Shown: positions 1 through 7,905 of the stretch, one piece after another
How positions within the stretch are numbered: the stretch's first letter is position 1
Layout of the letters: each line of letters starts with the position of its first letter
DNA from: Promethearchaeota archaeon
GTDB taxonomy: Archaea > Asgardarchaeota > Lokiarchaeia > Sigyniarchaeales > SOKP01
Reading direction: 5' to 3'
Length of the DNA stretch: 31,318 bases
Assembly: GCA_048938855.1 (NCBI GenBank)
Contig: JBHLLT010000031.1
Coordinates: 1-31,318, forward strand
Program-made: the position numbers and the translations under genes
The notes under the pieces: model-generated
Seen by the model: only the letters and a program-made list of their open reading frames with translations
Databases searched by the model: none
Told to the model about the DNA's origin: nothing

Positions 1-306
1 GCTGGAGAAGATGGTTATATTGATTACAAAGTACTTATTAAATTTATTATCCCTTACCCTGGAGCACCACTACCCATTGTATTGGGTGTCTGGGATAATT
101 ATATCTCTTGTAATATTCATGGTATTGGGTATGGTACCTTAACAGAATATTCGGCTAATTTTGGCTATACACCTGGAGCAGAGGCAATGGTAGAACTTCA
201 CCAAATCTGCCTCTTTAAACCTGATTTCAAAGAGGATCATCCAAAATACGACCCCCTTTATGGTGACTTATGGCCTGTGGAGACTGTTGAAATTTATGAA
301 ATTTAA
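1..306 (+). CDS. Hypothetical protein, 5'-truncated by the window edge
   Basis: Frame of ORF 82..306 is open back to base 1 (AGEDGYIDYKVLIKFIIPYPGAPLPIVLGVWDNY...), so TTG at 82 is probably internal. No family recognised. Confidence 0.7.
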   Translation, partial: AGEDGYIDYKVLIKFIIPYPGAPLPIVLGVWDNYISCNIHGIGYGTLTEYSANFGYTPGAEAMVELHQICLFKPDFKEDHPKYDPLYGDLWPVETVEIYEI

Positions 307-348
307 TGGAGAAAATTAACAATTGAGGGTTGAAATCTCTAAATTAAC

Positions 349-447
349 ATATAGATGAGGAAATTACTGGTTGGATAAATAGCTTCTCGAATGACCACAC
401 ATATTAACCAGTTATTTTCCCGTCTATATACTTTTTTATTTTTTATT
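349..447 (+). terminator. Long imperfect stem-loop followed by an oligo-T tract (terminator or structured 3' element)
   Basis: 349-373 pairs with 405-429 (25 bp, 3 G-U pairs, 2 mismatches, 31-nt loop), followed by CTTTTTTATTTTTTATT. Lies between convergent genes. Confidence 0.5.
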
Positions 448-475
448 ATATAAGATTTTAAAAGGGAACTTTTTT

Positions 476-1369
476 CTATTTAATGACATAAACAAGTTTT
501 TGACCTTTTTGCTCTTCGAGATTGAGCTCTCGTCTAATTGCATTTCGGACTAAATATCCACCAACATGCAAGATGGAATCCTTGAGTATAGAATCTTGAT
601 CCATTGAAGCATTACAAGGATAAGCATGATGAGCTTTACTTATTCTTTCATTCAAAGAGAGATCTCCACTTTTTCCATTTTTAAAATATTTTGATTTTAA
701 TTGCTGGCAGATATAATAAGTACTTCCGCATGGAGCACTCTGAATGACACAGGTATCTTCAATTGATTCACCATCTTTACTTAATAGAAATGAGACAATT
801 GGTTCTCCAATTTTATAATAATCAATAAACTCATCAATAAAATCATGATTTTTTGTCAAATGAAACCCAACTTTGTTATAATCATTTGATTCCTTACTTA
901 AGGAGCAAAAAGGTTTAGGAAAAGCAGCCTGAATGCCATATTTCTCGAACTCCTCTAATACTTGAACTTGAAGTCCAGCAGGTACCCATTTGGGATCCTC
1001 AATTGGGACAATTACAGCTTTTACTTCCCTCTTTTTTAAATAATAAGGAAGACCAGAGAGTAAATCTTGATGGATTCCAACCACCATTAAAAAATCTATT
1101 GGAGGAAGGTTTTTAGGAAGATATAATTCTGGTTCTTCAATGAATTCAGGAACATTTTCTCCTACTTTTTCATAATAATAGATTGAATTAGCAAAGCTCT
1201 TAATATATTCACGACACTTATCACATTTAACATTTTGTTCTAAAATTTCACATGCTTTACAGAATTCTTCATTATTAATGAGATTGCCAACAAATTTCTG
1301 AGTTAACATCTCAGTTTCTGTTCCGATGCCGTATAGTACTCCCAATTTATATGTTTTATCAGTCAACAT
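476..1369 (-). CDS. DUF166 family protein (Cys-rich, probably metal/Fe-S binding)
   Basis: Family-typical motifs PKPFCSL, SAPCGSTYY, HHAYPCNASM and ILHVGGY, plus N-terminal CKAC...CDKC. Confidence 0.75.
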   Translation of the reverse strand: MLTDKTYKLGVLYGIGTETEMLTQKFVGNLINNEEFCKACEILEQNVKCDKCREYIKSFANSIYYYEKVGENVPEFIEEPELYLPKNLPPIDFLMVVGIHQDLLSGLPYYLKKREVKAVIVPIEDPKWVPAGLQVQVLEEFEKYGIQAAFPKPFCSLSKESNDYNKVGFHLTKNHDFIDEFIDYYKIGEPIVSFLLSKDGESIEDTCVIQSAPCGSTYYICQQLKSKYFKNGKSGDLSLNERISKAHHAYPCNASMDQDSILKDSILHVGGYLVRNAIRRELNLEEQKGQKLVYVIK

Positions 1370-1494
1370 AGAAATGAAATAAATAATTGTTTTTATTTGT
1401 ATTTTTAATACTTCATAAAAAATATATTACTTTAGCTGAACATGTTCAATTTTACAGTGTTCTAGTATAAACTCAAATTTGTAAAGTTCGAAGG

Positions 1495-1950
1495 TTAATC
1501 TTCAAAAACTGCTTTAGTACTTCTACTTTCCTCAATTTTGACTTTTATTTTTTTGTTCCCATATGTCTCTTTTAGTTTATTGTAAATATAATTTGCTAAA
1601 AGTTCACTTGTAGTTGCGGGTAATGGTAAAAAGAATACATCTTCTCGGGGGAACACATATCGCTTAGAAGATGTAATAACTTCTACAGACTCTTTTTCCT
1701 CTTTTATTTCTAATTCATCAGATTGTGTCGGTATTAGAACATAATGATCCATAGGTTTAACAATAGCCTTTAAATTTTCTTTTAAATCATTAAAATCTAC
1801 AACAAAATGATTTTTATCAAGATCGTTACTCATTTCTACAGAAACGTAATAATTATGGCCATGCAAACGTGTGCATTGAAGAGGTTCCTTTAAAAAATGA
1901 CTCGCACTAAATTTTACTTCTGAGGATTCTACAATTACTTTGTATCCCAT
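1495..1950 (-). CDS. queD: 6-carboxy-5,6,7,8-tetrahydropterin synthase (QueD/PTPS family)
   Basis: FSASHF, CTRLHGHNY (catalytic Cys and Zn-binding His), VVDF, MDHYVL, TTSELLA; queC nearby. Confidence 0.9.
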   Translation of the reverse strand: MGYKVIVESSEVKFSASHFLKEPLQCTRLHGHNYYVSVEMSNDLDKNHFVVDFNDLKENLKAIVKPMDHYVLIPTQSDELEIKEEKESVEVITSSKRYVFPREDVFFLPLPATTSELLANYIYNKLKETYGNKKIKVKIEESRSTKAVFED

Positions 1951-2083
1951 AATTTGAATACCGCCATCGTAAATTTTTTTGGTTTCACTATTATTGTTTT
2001 GCAGAAGCTCTTTGAACTTTATATATTTTTTGTTTATAAATTTGATTATATTTGTTAGGTAAAAAGAATTTGGTGTTTTTTTT

Positions 2084-2617
2084 TTAATTTTCTTTATTAA
2101 TCAAACCAAATATCTTATTATCTCTCCAGTCTCCATCAATAAACTCATGATCTTTTAGATGCCCCTCTTCAATAAAACCAAGTTTGTTAAACATTGCTAC
2201 TGAACGAGTATTCGTTACACTGACCTCAGCAACTATTTTATATAAATTTAAAACGTTAAACGCATAATCGAGTATCATTTTCGCAGCTTCTGTACCGATA
2301 CCTTTTCCCCAATAATCTATTTCTCCTATAAAGATTCCGATCTCTCCTCTACGATAAGGTGCGATAATTTTGAGTAAACCAACCATTCCTATTGGTTTTT
2401 GATCTTCTTTATGCCAAATTTCAAACCATATATTTTTTTCATCAGGATATTCTGGAAACCATTCTTTTTTTATAACTTCGATAGTTTCGGGAATATAAAC
2501 TGATAAAAACTTTCCTATCCTTGGATCATTTATCCATTTCACATAGATATCAACATGTTCCTTATTTTTTACTAATAAATCTATGTTCATTCCTTTTAAG
2601 AAGATTACATTTCCCAT
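2084..2617 (-). CDS. GNAT family N-acetyltransferase (RimJ/RimL/SpeG-like)
   Basis: EIGIFIGE, YWGKGIGTEA acetyl-CoA loop, NTRSVAMFNKLGFIEEG. Confidence 0.88.
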   Translation of the reverse strand: MGNVIFLKGMNIDLLVKNKEHVDIYVKWINDPRIGKFLSVYIPETIEVIKKEWFPEYPDEKNIWFEIWHKEDQKPIGMVGLLKIIAPYRRGEIGIFIGEIDYWGKGIGTEAAKMILDYAFNVLNLYKIVAEVSVTNTRSVAMFNKLGFIEEGHLKDHEFIDGDWRDNKIFGLINKEN

Positions 2618-2785
2618 TTTCTTTTACCTACTTTTATTTATTCTAAATTTTATTTTGTTTTCTTGAATTACCATTTTATATTTTATTTTTAGAAACAATA
2701 AATATGAAAGAAGCTTTCATAAAAATAGATTATACTAAATCAATAATATACAACAATAACAAATCATTTATATTTTAAAATAGAG

Positions 2786-4396
2786 ATGAGCTTTACTTTT
2801 TACGAAAAACTTGAGAATGCCCATAACATGGAATACAAGAAATTAGCAATTACAGGAGCCAATGGATATCTAGGACAACATTCTATAAAAGTGGCTATTC
2901 AAAAAGGATGGGAGGTTGTTGGAATTGTTCGAAGAGAGGATGCTGCTAAAGAAGTAGAGTCGCTTGGAGCTAAACCTGCAATTATAAAAGAATTCAGTAT
3001 AGAAGCTCTAAAGAAGGCATTAGTTGGTTGTAAAGCAGTTTTACATTTCAGAGGAGTCGTATGTGGTTCTAAAGAGCTTTTTGAGAAAGTCAATATTGAA
3101 GGAATGCATACATTAGTTAAAGCTGCAGAAGATACAAAGGTTTCTCGAATTGTATTCCCCTCAGGACTGGGAGTTGATAGATATGGGAAAGAGGAATGGG
3201 CAAATGACGCCTACTTTTATTCAAAAAATAAAGCTGAATCAATACTAAAACAAGCTAAAGTTCCATATACTATTTTTAGACCTTCCTACATCTTAGGTTC
3301 TAATGATGAATTAATCCCAGAAATGGTAAACCAAATTGGAAAAGGTGTCATATATGTAGCCGGAGATGGTAAAATTCCGATGCAACCTATATATGTTAAA
3401 GATGCCGTTGAAGCTTTTTTAGCTGCTGCTGATGGAAAAGCTGGAAATAACCAAATATTTGATCTCGTGGGTCCAACAATTATAACAATGATGGATTTGA
3501 TTGATTTGGTTGTTAAAAACATGGTTAATTTAGGCTTTAATATTCCACCTCCACGAATTAATTATGTTAGTTATGAAGCTGCCTCAGAAGTACTTGGAAT
3601 TTGTAAAGAAATGGTTGATGTTATGAGATGTAATATTACTTCAGATGGTAATATCGCAGCAGAAGCATTAGATTATAAATTGTCAAACATTAATGATGCT
3701 ATAAAAGAAGCATTATCTGTAAAATTGGGTCTAGACAAAAAACAATGGAGAATGAGTGCTATAGTATTGCTATCTGGGGGAATCGATTCTGCTGTTGCTC
3801 TTCACTGGGCATATCAAAAAGGCTATGATATTATAGCTCTTTCATATAATTATGATCTACGCCCCGAAAATGAGAAAAAAGCAGCTCAAAAATTAGCTGA
3901 AAATTTGCAAATTAAGTTAATTGAAGTCCCATTGCCTTTTATAAAGGAATCAATTGATTTACGTATTGACGGATTTCCTGTTCCAAGTGCAGTTAATACT
4001 CCCGAAGGATTCATTCCCACTCGTAATCTTATTTTTTACTCTATAGCAGGATATTATGCTGAAGTTTTTGATTGTGAAGTTATTATAGGGGGGCATATTG
4101 CTATAGATCCAAAAGATTTTCCTGATGCATCCCCTAATTTTTTCAGATCTCTTGAGAAGCTTATCAATAAAGGAAAACATGTTAAAGATACATCTCGAAA
4201 AAAATTATTATTTCCATTAGCAAAAATGACAAAAATGGATGTCATTAACCTTGGAAAAAAATTAAAAGTTCCCCTAGAATGGACATGGAGTTGCTATAGT
4301 GATGGAGACCAACCTTGTGGAAAGTGTAATTCTTGTCGTAAAAGAAATGAAGCGTTATCAAACTTAAATTATTCCAATCTGAAATTTAATTTATAA
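2786..4396 (+). CDS. queC: Fusion of an N-terminal NAD(P)-binding atypical SDR/epimerase domain (~aa 15-320) and a C-terminal 7-cyano-7-deazaguanine synthase (~aa 323-536); start may be ATG 2828
   Basis: SDR part: TGANGYLG, YFYSK (YxxxK), RPSYILG, QPIYVKDAV. QueC part: VLLSGGIDS, IPTRNLIF, DFPDA, WSCY-x5-PCGKCNSC. One continuous frame. Confidence 0.85.
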   Translation: MSFTFYEKLENAHNMEYKKLAITGANGYLGQHSIKVAIQKGWEVVGIVRREDAAKEVESLGAKPAIIKEFSIEALKKALVGCKAVLHFRGVVCGSKELFEKVNIEGMHTLVKAAEDTKVSRIVFPSGLGVDRYGKEEWANDAYFYSKNKAESILKQAKVPYTIFRPSYILGSNDELIPEMVNQIGKGVIYVAGDGKIPMQPIYVKDAVEAFLAAADGKAGNNQIFDLVGPTIITMMDLIDLVVKNMVNLGFNIPPPRINYVSYEAASEVLGICKEMVDVMRCNITSDGNIAAEALDYKLSNINDAIKEALSVKLGLDKKQWRMSAIVLLSGGIDSAVALHWAYQKGYDIIALSYNYDLRPENEKKAAQKLAENLQIKLIEVPLPFIKESIDLRIDGFPVPSAVNTPEGFIPTRNLIFYSIAGYYAEVFDCEVIIGGHIAIDPKDFPDASPNFFRSLEKLINKGKHVKDTSRKKLLFPLAKMTKMDVINLGKKLKVPLEWTWSCYSDGDQPCGKCNSCRKRNEALSNLNYSNLKFNL

Positions 4397-4508
4397 TAAA
4401 TATAAATTGAATATATTAAATATAATTATATTAAAACTAAATATATTAAAATCTGTAATAATATCATATAAATATAAATATAGAATAGTAGAATACTGAT
4501 CGAAGCAT

Positions 4509-5165
4509 ATGATTGATAGTGACGAATTATCTTCAACTGAAGAATCTCAAATAATTCAAGTTATATGCCCAACTTGCAAATCTAAGAAAGAACTCCGAAT
4601 TCCTACAAAAATTATAAACCAAGCTAAGCATTTAACAACCGTTTCGATCCCATCAGGCCCTGTTTGTAAGCATGGATTTCAAGCTTTTGTTGATAAGAAT
4701 TTTAAGGTCCGAGGATATCAAATAGTTGATTTTGAGTTCTCTCACATGGAATTCTTTGAAAGTACAGAAGTTAATGAAGCAGAACCAGATCATCCTACTA
4801 CTAAGCTTAGTTCAATGCCGTTGTTCCAAGAGATTATCAAGTTATTAAGAGGTTTCGTTGATGATAAGGAAATCCTCGGTTCAGGTATGTTTACTACAGA
4901 TGGACACATATTATATTCTTCACTTCCAAGTAATACTCTATTTTCTATAATGAAAGAATTTGAAGTCAGAACTGAGAAAAAATTAAGCAACTTAAAGAAA
5001 ATGTATTTAGAATTGGAGAATAATCAAAAGATTTGCGCTTTTTATATTGAAATACAAGAAATGAGATTTGCATTAGTCTTGTTTTTCTCTCGTATCGTGA
5101 AACTTGGTATGGGTAATCTTTATTTAAATGATTTAGTAAAGGAGATAAGAAAATTAGAAAAATAA
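4509..5165 (+). CDS. Hypothetical protein: N-terminal Zn-ribbon-like domain plus C-terminal roadblock/LC7-like domain
   Basis: CPTC...VCKH...FVDKNFKVRGY at the N-terminus; ILGSGMFTTDGHILYSSLP followed by helix and beta strands resembles roadblock. Fold is inferred. Confidence 0.55.
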   Translation: MIDSDELSSTEESQIIQVICPTCKSKKELRIPTKIINQAKHLTTVSIPSGPVCKHGFQAFVDKNFKVRGYQIVDFEFSHMEFFESTEVNEAEPDHPTTKLSSMPLFQEIIKLLRGFVDDKEILGSGMFTTDGHILYSSLPSNTLFSIMKEFEVRTEKKLSNLKKMYLELENNQKICAFYIEIQEMRFALVLFFSRIVKLGMGNLYLNDLVKEIRKLEK

Positions 5166-5293
5166 ATCATGATACTAAGGCTTCTTTTCTAGTCTTTTCC
5201 TTATAATTTAGACTCACCCTCTATAAATAGTTATAAATATAGCTGTAATTTTTTGCTTATTAAGAGTCAAAATTAAATGTTCATCTATAGAAA

Positions 5294-6130
5294 ATGGATC
5301 TTCAAAAAGTACAAACCAGAATGATTAGAGATTTAATACCTCAAATCCCCGAACTTAACCAAAAGAATATTCAAGTAACTGAATTACCCAGTAAAAAGAA
5401 TTCTGTTATCAACGTTGTGTTTGAGAAAAAGCCTTCTAAATTACCGAATGAAGTTGTTATTAAAATTTTTCATACTAAAAACATCGTTCATGAAATAAAC
5501 ATCCTAAATAGATTGAAAAATCAAAATTTCCACGTTCCACGTATTTTATTCTTTCAAAAGCCTTACCTAATCCTTGAGAAAGTTAAGGGAATTAACTTGT
5601 GTGATTTTATCAATGAAAAATTGAAAGGAACAGAGAGTCTAGATGAATTGGAAACTAACGTAAAAAATACAATTATTAAAAGTATAGAAAAGCTTGCTGA
5701 ATTTCTTGCTCAATTCCATGAAAAGAATTTTGTTAGAAAAAAATATAAAGTTAAAAAGAAATATGTGCTTTGTAAAGGCGACACTAGACTAAGAGATTTT
5801 ATTTTTGATTCTGAGAATGGAATTTTATACGCAGTTGATTTTGAAGATTCGTATGAGGGAAATCATCTAGATGATTTAGCTTGGATTTGCACATCTCTTC
5901 TCGATACTGATCCAGGTCTATTTGAAATGGAAGAACCGAAACATAAAATGGAGTTAATCAATATATTCCTAAGAAAATATTACCAAAATAACGTTAGATT
6001 TCCTTTTGAATTCAACTACTTAGCTGAAAAAATAATAGAGAATTTAAATATAGTTATTGAAAGAAGAAATCTCCCTTTTGGTACTTTTAATAAAGATAAA
6101 TTTGTAGAAAATATTTCTAAAGAAATTTAA
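5294..6130 (+). CDS. Protein-kinase-like (APH/RIO/Bud32-type) phosphotransferase
   Basis: VVIKIF (beta3 Lys), HEINIL (alphaC Glu), LILEKVKG hinge, KGDTRLRDF catalytic loop, VDFE, DDLA. Confidence 0.75.
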   Translation: MDLQKVQTRMIRDLIPQIPELNQKNIQVTELPSKKNSVINVVFEKKPSKLPNEVVIKIFHTKNIVHEINILNRLKNQNFHVPRILFFQKPYLILEKVKGINLCDFINEKLKGTESLDELETNVKNTIIKSIEKLAEFLAQFHEKNFVRKKYKVKKKYVLCKGDTRLRDFIFDSENGILYAVDFEDSYEGNHLDDLAWICTSLLDTDPGLFEMEEPKHKMELINIFLRKYYQNNVRFPFEFNYLAEKIIENLNIVIERRNLPFGTFNKDKFVENISKEI

Positions 6131-6225
6131 TCCTTTTATCGACTTTCTAAATATCAAAATTTAATAATACTTACACTATTATTTTATAAGATTTTCAAAA
6201 AACTTTTTTTATAGGAGAATTAATT

Positions 6226-6972
6226 ATGAGTCTTACCGATACAAAATCGTCTTTAAAGAAAATACTGTCGATTATAGAAGAACTCAATAGATTAAATTCT
6301 GATTCTGTCCCTAAATTACAAACTCAACCAAATAATCTACTTGAACAAATTGGAAAGCTTGAAGAATCTAAGGCCAATGACTTAAGAACTATTGAAGCTA
6401 ATGATGATGAAATCAATTCATTGAAAAATAAAATTTCTCAAAATCAAAGAGATATTGCATCCTTAGAGGAAAGTAATGCTGAACTAAATAACCAAAGACA
6501 AACTCTTATCGACAAAATCCAAGATGCACAAAATGAATTAAATGAAACTCAAACAAAAATAACAGCACGAAGAGAGGAAGTAGCAACTCGGAGCAGTCGA
6601 TTAAGTGAATTAGAGAACAGAATTTTAGAACTGCAAGATATTCAACAAAAGTTCGATAATAAAATGAAAGAACTTGAAACTCAACTTAAAGAAGAATATG
6701 TTAAAAAAGAGAAATTTAGTAATTCATACGCTATACGAGCTGCTGCCATGAAATCTTTAATTAAAGCAGGGTATATACAATCTGCTCAATTAAAACTTAT
6801 ACAAGCACTACAACCTAATACAACTATTGAATTGAAGGGTATTGCTCAAGGCATGGGACTTAGGGAAGATGTGGCGCGAAGTATATTGTCAAAAATGATT
6901 CAAAAAAATGGACCAATTGAGTATAATGAGGGAGCAGGAACAGTTACCTTAAAAGGGGAGGTTGATTTCTAA
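6226..6972 (+). CDS. Long coiled-coil protein with C-terminal winged-helix-like domain
   Basis: About 140 residues of heptad-rich E/K/Q/L sequence, then IELKGIAQGMGLREDVARSILSKM...IEYNEGAGTVTL (HTH plus wing). GGAG upstream. Confidence 0.65.
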   Translation: MSLTDTKSSLKKILSIIEELNRLNSDSVPKLQTQPNNLLEQIGKLEESKANDLRTIEANDDEINSLKNKISQNQRDIASLEESNAELNNQRQTLIDKIQDAQNELNETQTKITARREEVATRSSRLSELENRILELQDIQQKFDNKMKELETQLKEEYVKKEKFSNSYAIRAAAMKSLIKAGYIQSAQLKLIQALQPNTTIELKGIAQGMGLREDVARSILSKMIQKNGPIEYNEGAGTVTLKGEVDF

Positions 6973-7700
6973 TGAGTTCACACGATATTTTATCCTTAAT
7001 TGAACAATTTGAAACAGCTTATGATACGTACTGGCAAGTACTACAGAAACAAAATGAGGAGGTTCTTTCTCAATTAAGAGAAGCATGGCGTTTTATGCAA
7101 GCAGAACAAAAAGAAGAAGAAAGTATAAAAGAAAAATTAGCTTCTCAAAATTCTGAATTAACTGAATTAAGAACTAAATCCGAAGAATTAGATAGAACCA
7201 TAGATGGATTAAAAGCTAAAAAAGATGAGTTAAATTTGAAGCTTTCTGAATTAACAACTAATTTGGAAACTAGCATTAATGATTTGAAAAAACCAGCCTT
7301 TGAACTTACTCAACTTGAAGAAAAACTTAGCTCTGTAAATGAAAAAATTACTGTTAAAGAAGAAGAGAAGACAAAACTAGATCAAAAAACTGTTGAAAAT
7401 GAAAATAGAGAGTTAGAGTTAAAAAGTACTTACCAGAAAAAGATGGATGAACTGGAGGCAAAAATAGATCAATTACGACAGCAAAACTTCTTTACATCAT
7501 TCTTAATTGAAAACTCTGATGAAGAAATTCATGAAGTTGATATAATCGCTACAATCATGGATAAAGGAGAAGCAAAGCTAGATGATTTAAAGAAACTTCT
7601 TGATGTTCCTCCAATAATGGCAGTTAGAACAATTAAACAGCTTGCAGTTAAAGGAATACTTAATTTGGATGAGTCTAGTGGAAAAGTAACTTTACCTTAA
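6972..7700 (+). CDS. Long coiled-coil protein with C-terminal winged-helix-like domain (paralogue-like partner of the previous gene)
   Basis: TAATG stop/start overlap; coiled coil, then AKLDDLKKLLDVPPIMAVRTIKQLAVKGILNLDESSGKVTL. Confidence 0.65.
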   Translation: MSSHDILSLIEQFETAYDTYWQVLQKQNEEVLSQLREAWRFMQAEQKEEESIKEKLASQNSELTELRTKSEELDRTIDGLKAKKDELNLKLSELTTNLETSINDLKKPAFELTQLEEKLSSVNEKITVKEEEKTKLDQKTVENENRELELKSTYQKKMDELEAKIDQLRQQNFFTSFLIENSDEEIHEVDIIATIMDKGEAKLDDLKKLLDVPPIMAVRTIKQLAVKGILNLDESSGKVTLP

Positions 7701-7701
7701 A

Positions 7702-7735
7702 CTTTTTTTTAATCCTTTTTCTATTTTTATTTTTT
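7702..7735 (+). terminator. Archaeal-type oligo-T terminator
   Basis: Several consecutive T runs immediately after the stop at 7700. Confidence 0.5.
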
Positions 7736-7788
7736 AAATTTAGACCTATTATTTAGTTAAAGACGTCGTATAGACTCGTTTCACTTTT

Positions 7789-7879
7789 TGACCGATGGTC
7801 ATTAAGTGACCAAAGATTTAAATATGATCATATATTTTATTTATTTAATGACCCTTGGTCAATTAATGAACACAAGTCA
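7789..7879. promoter_or_regulatory. Candidate TetR operators TGACC-N3-GGTCA
   Basis: Perfect copies at 7789-7801 and 7849-7861; degenerate copy at 7867-7879 and half-site at 7807-7811; directly upstream of the TetR gene. Confidence 0.75.
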
Positions 7880-7905
7880 ATTAATAAGCATAAGGTAAAA
7901 AAAAA

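Noticed and set aside
349-429. Hairpin as a SECIS element for DUF166 or the upstream gene
   Set aside because: No AUGA/GA non-canonical quartet across the stem and no in-frame TGA in the visible adjacent ORFs.
4397-4500. Repeated ATATATTAAA in a very AT-rich spacer (origin-like?)
   Set aside because: Low complexity, no ORB-like G-string motif and no cdc6/orc1 nearby.
5171-5235. CACCCTCTATAAA resembles the 3' half of the preQ1-I riboswitch, near queC
   Set aside because: The 5' AGAGG strand needed for P1 is absent, and the site is downstream of queC, in front of a kinase-like gene; more likely promoter/TATA context.
6226-7700. SMC or ESCRT-III/CdvB assignment for the coiled-coil pair
   Set aside because: No Walker motifs or hinge, and no recognisable Snf7 core or MIM motif.
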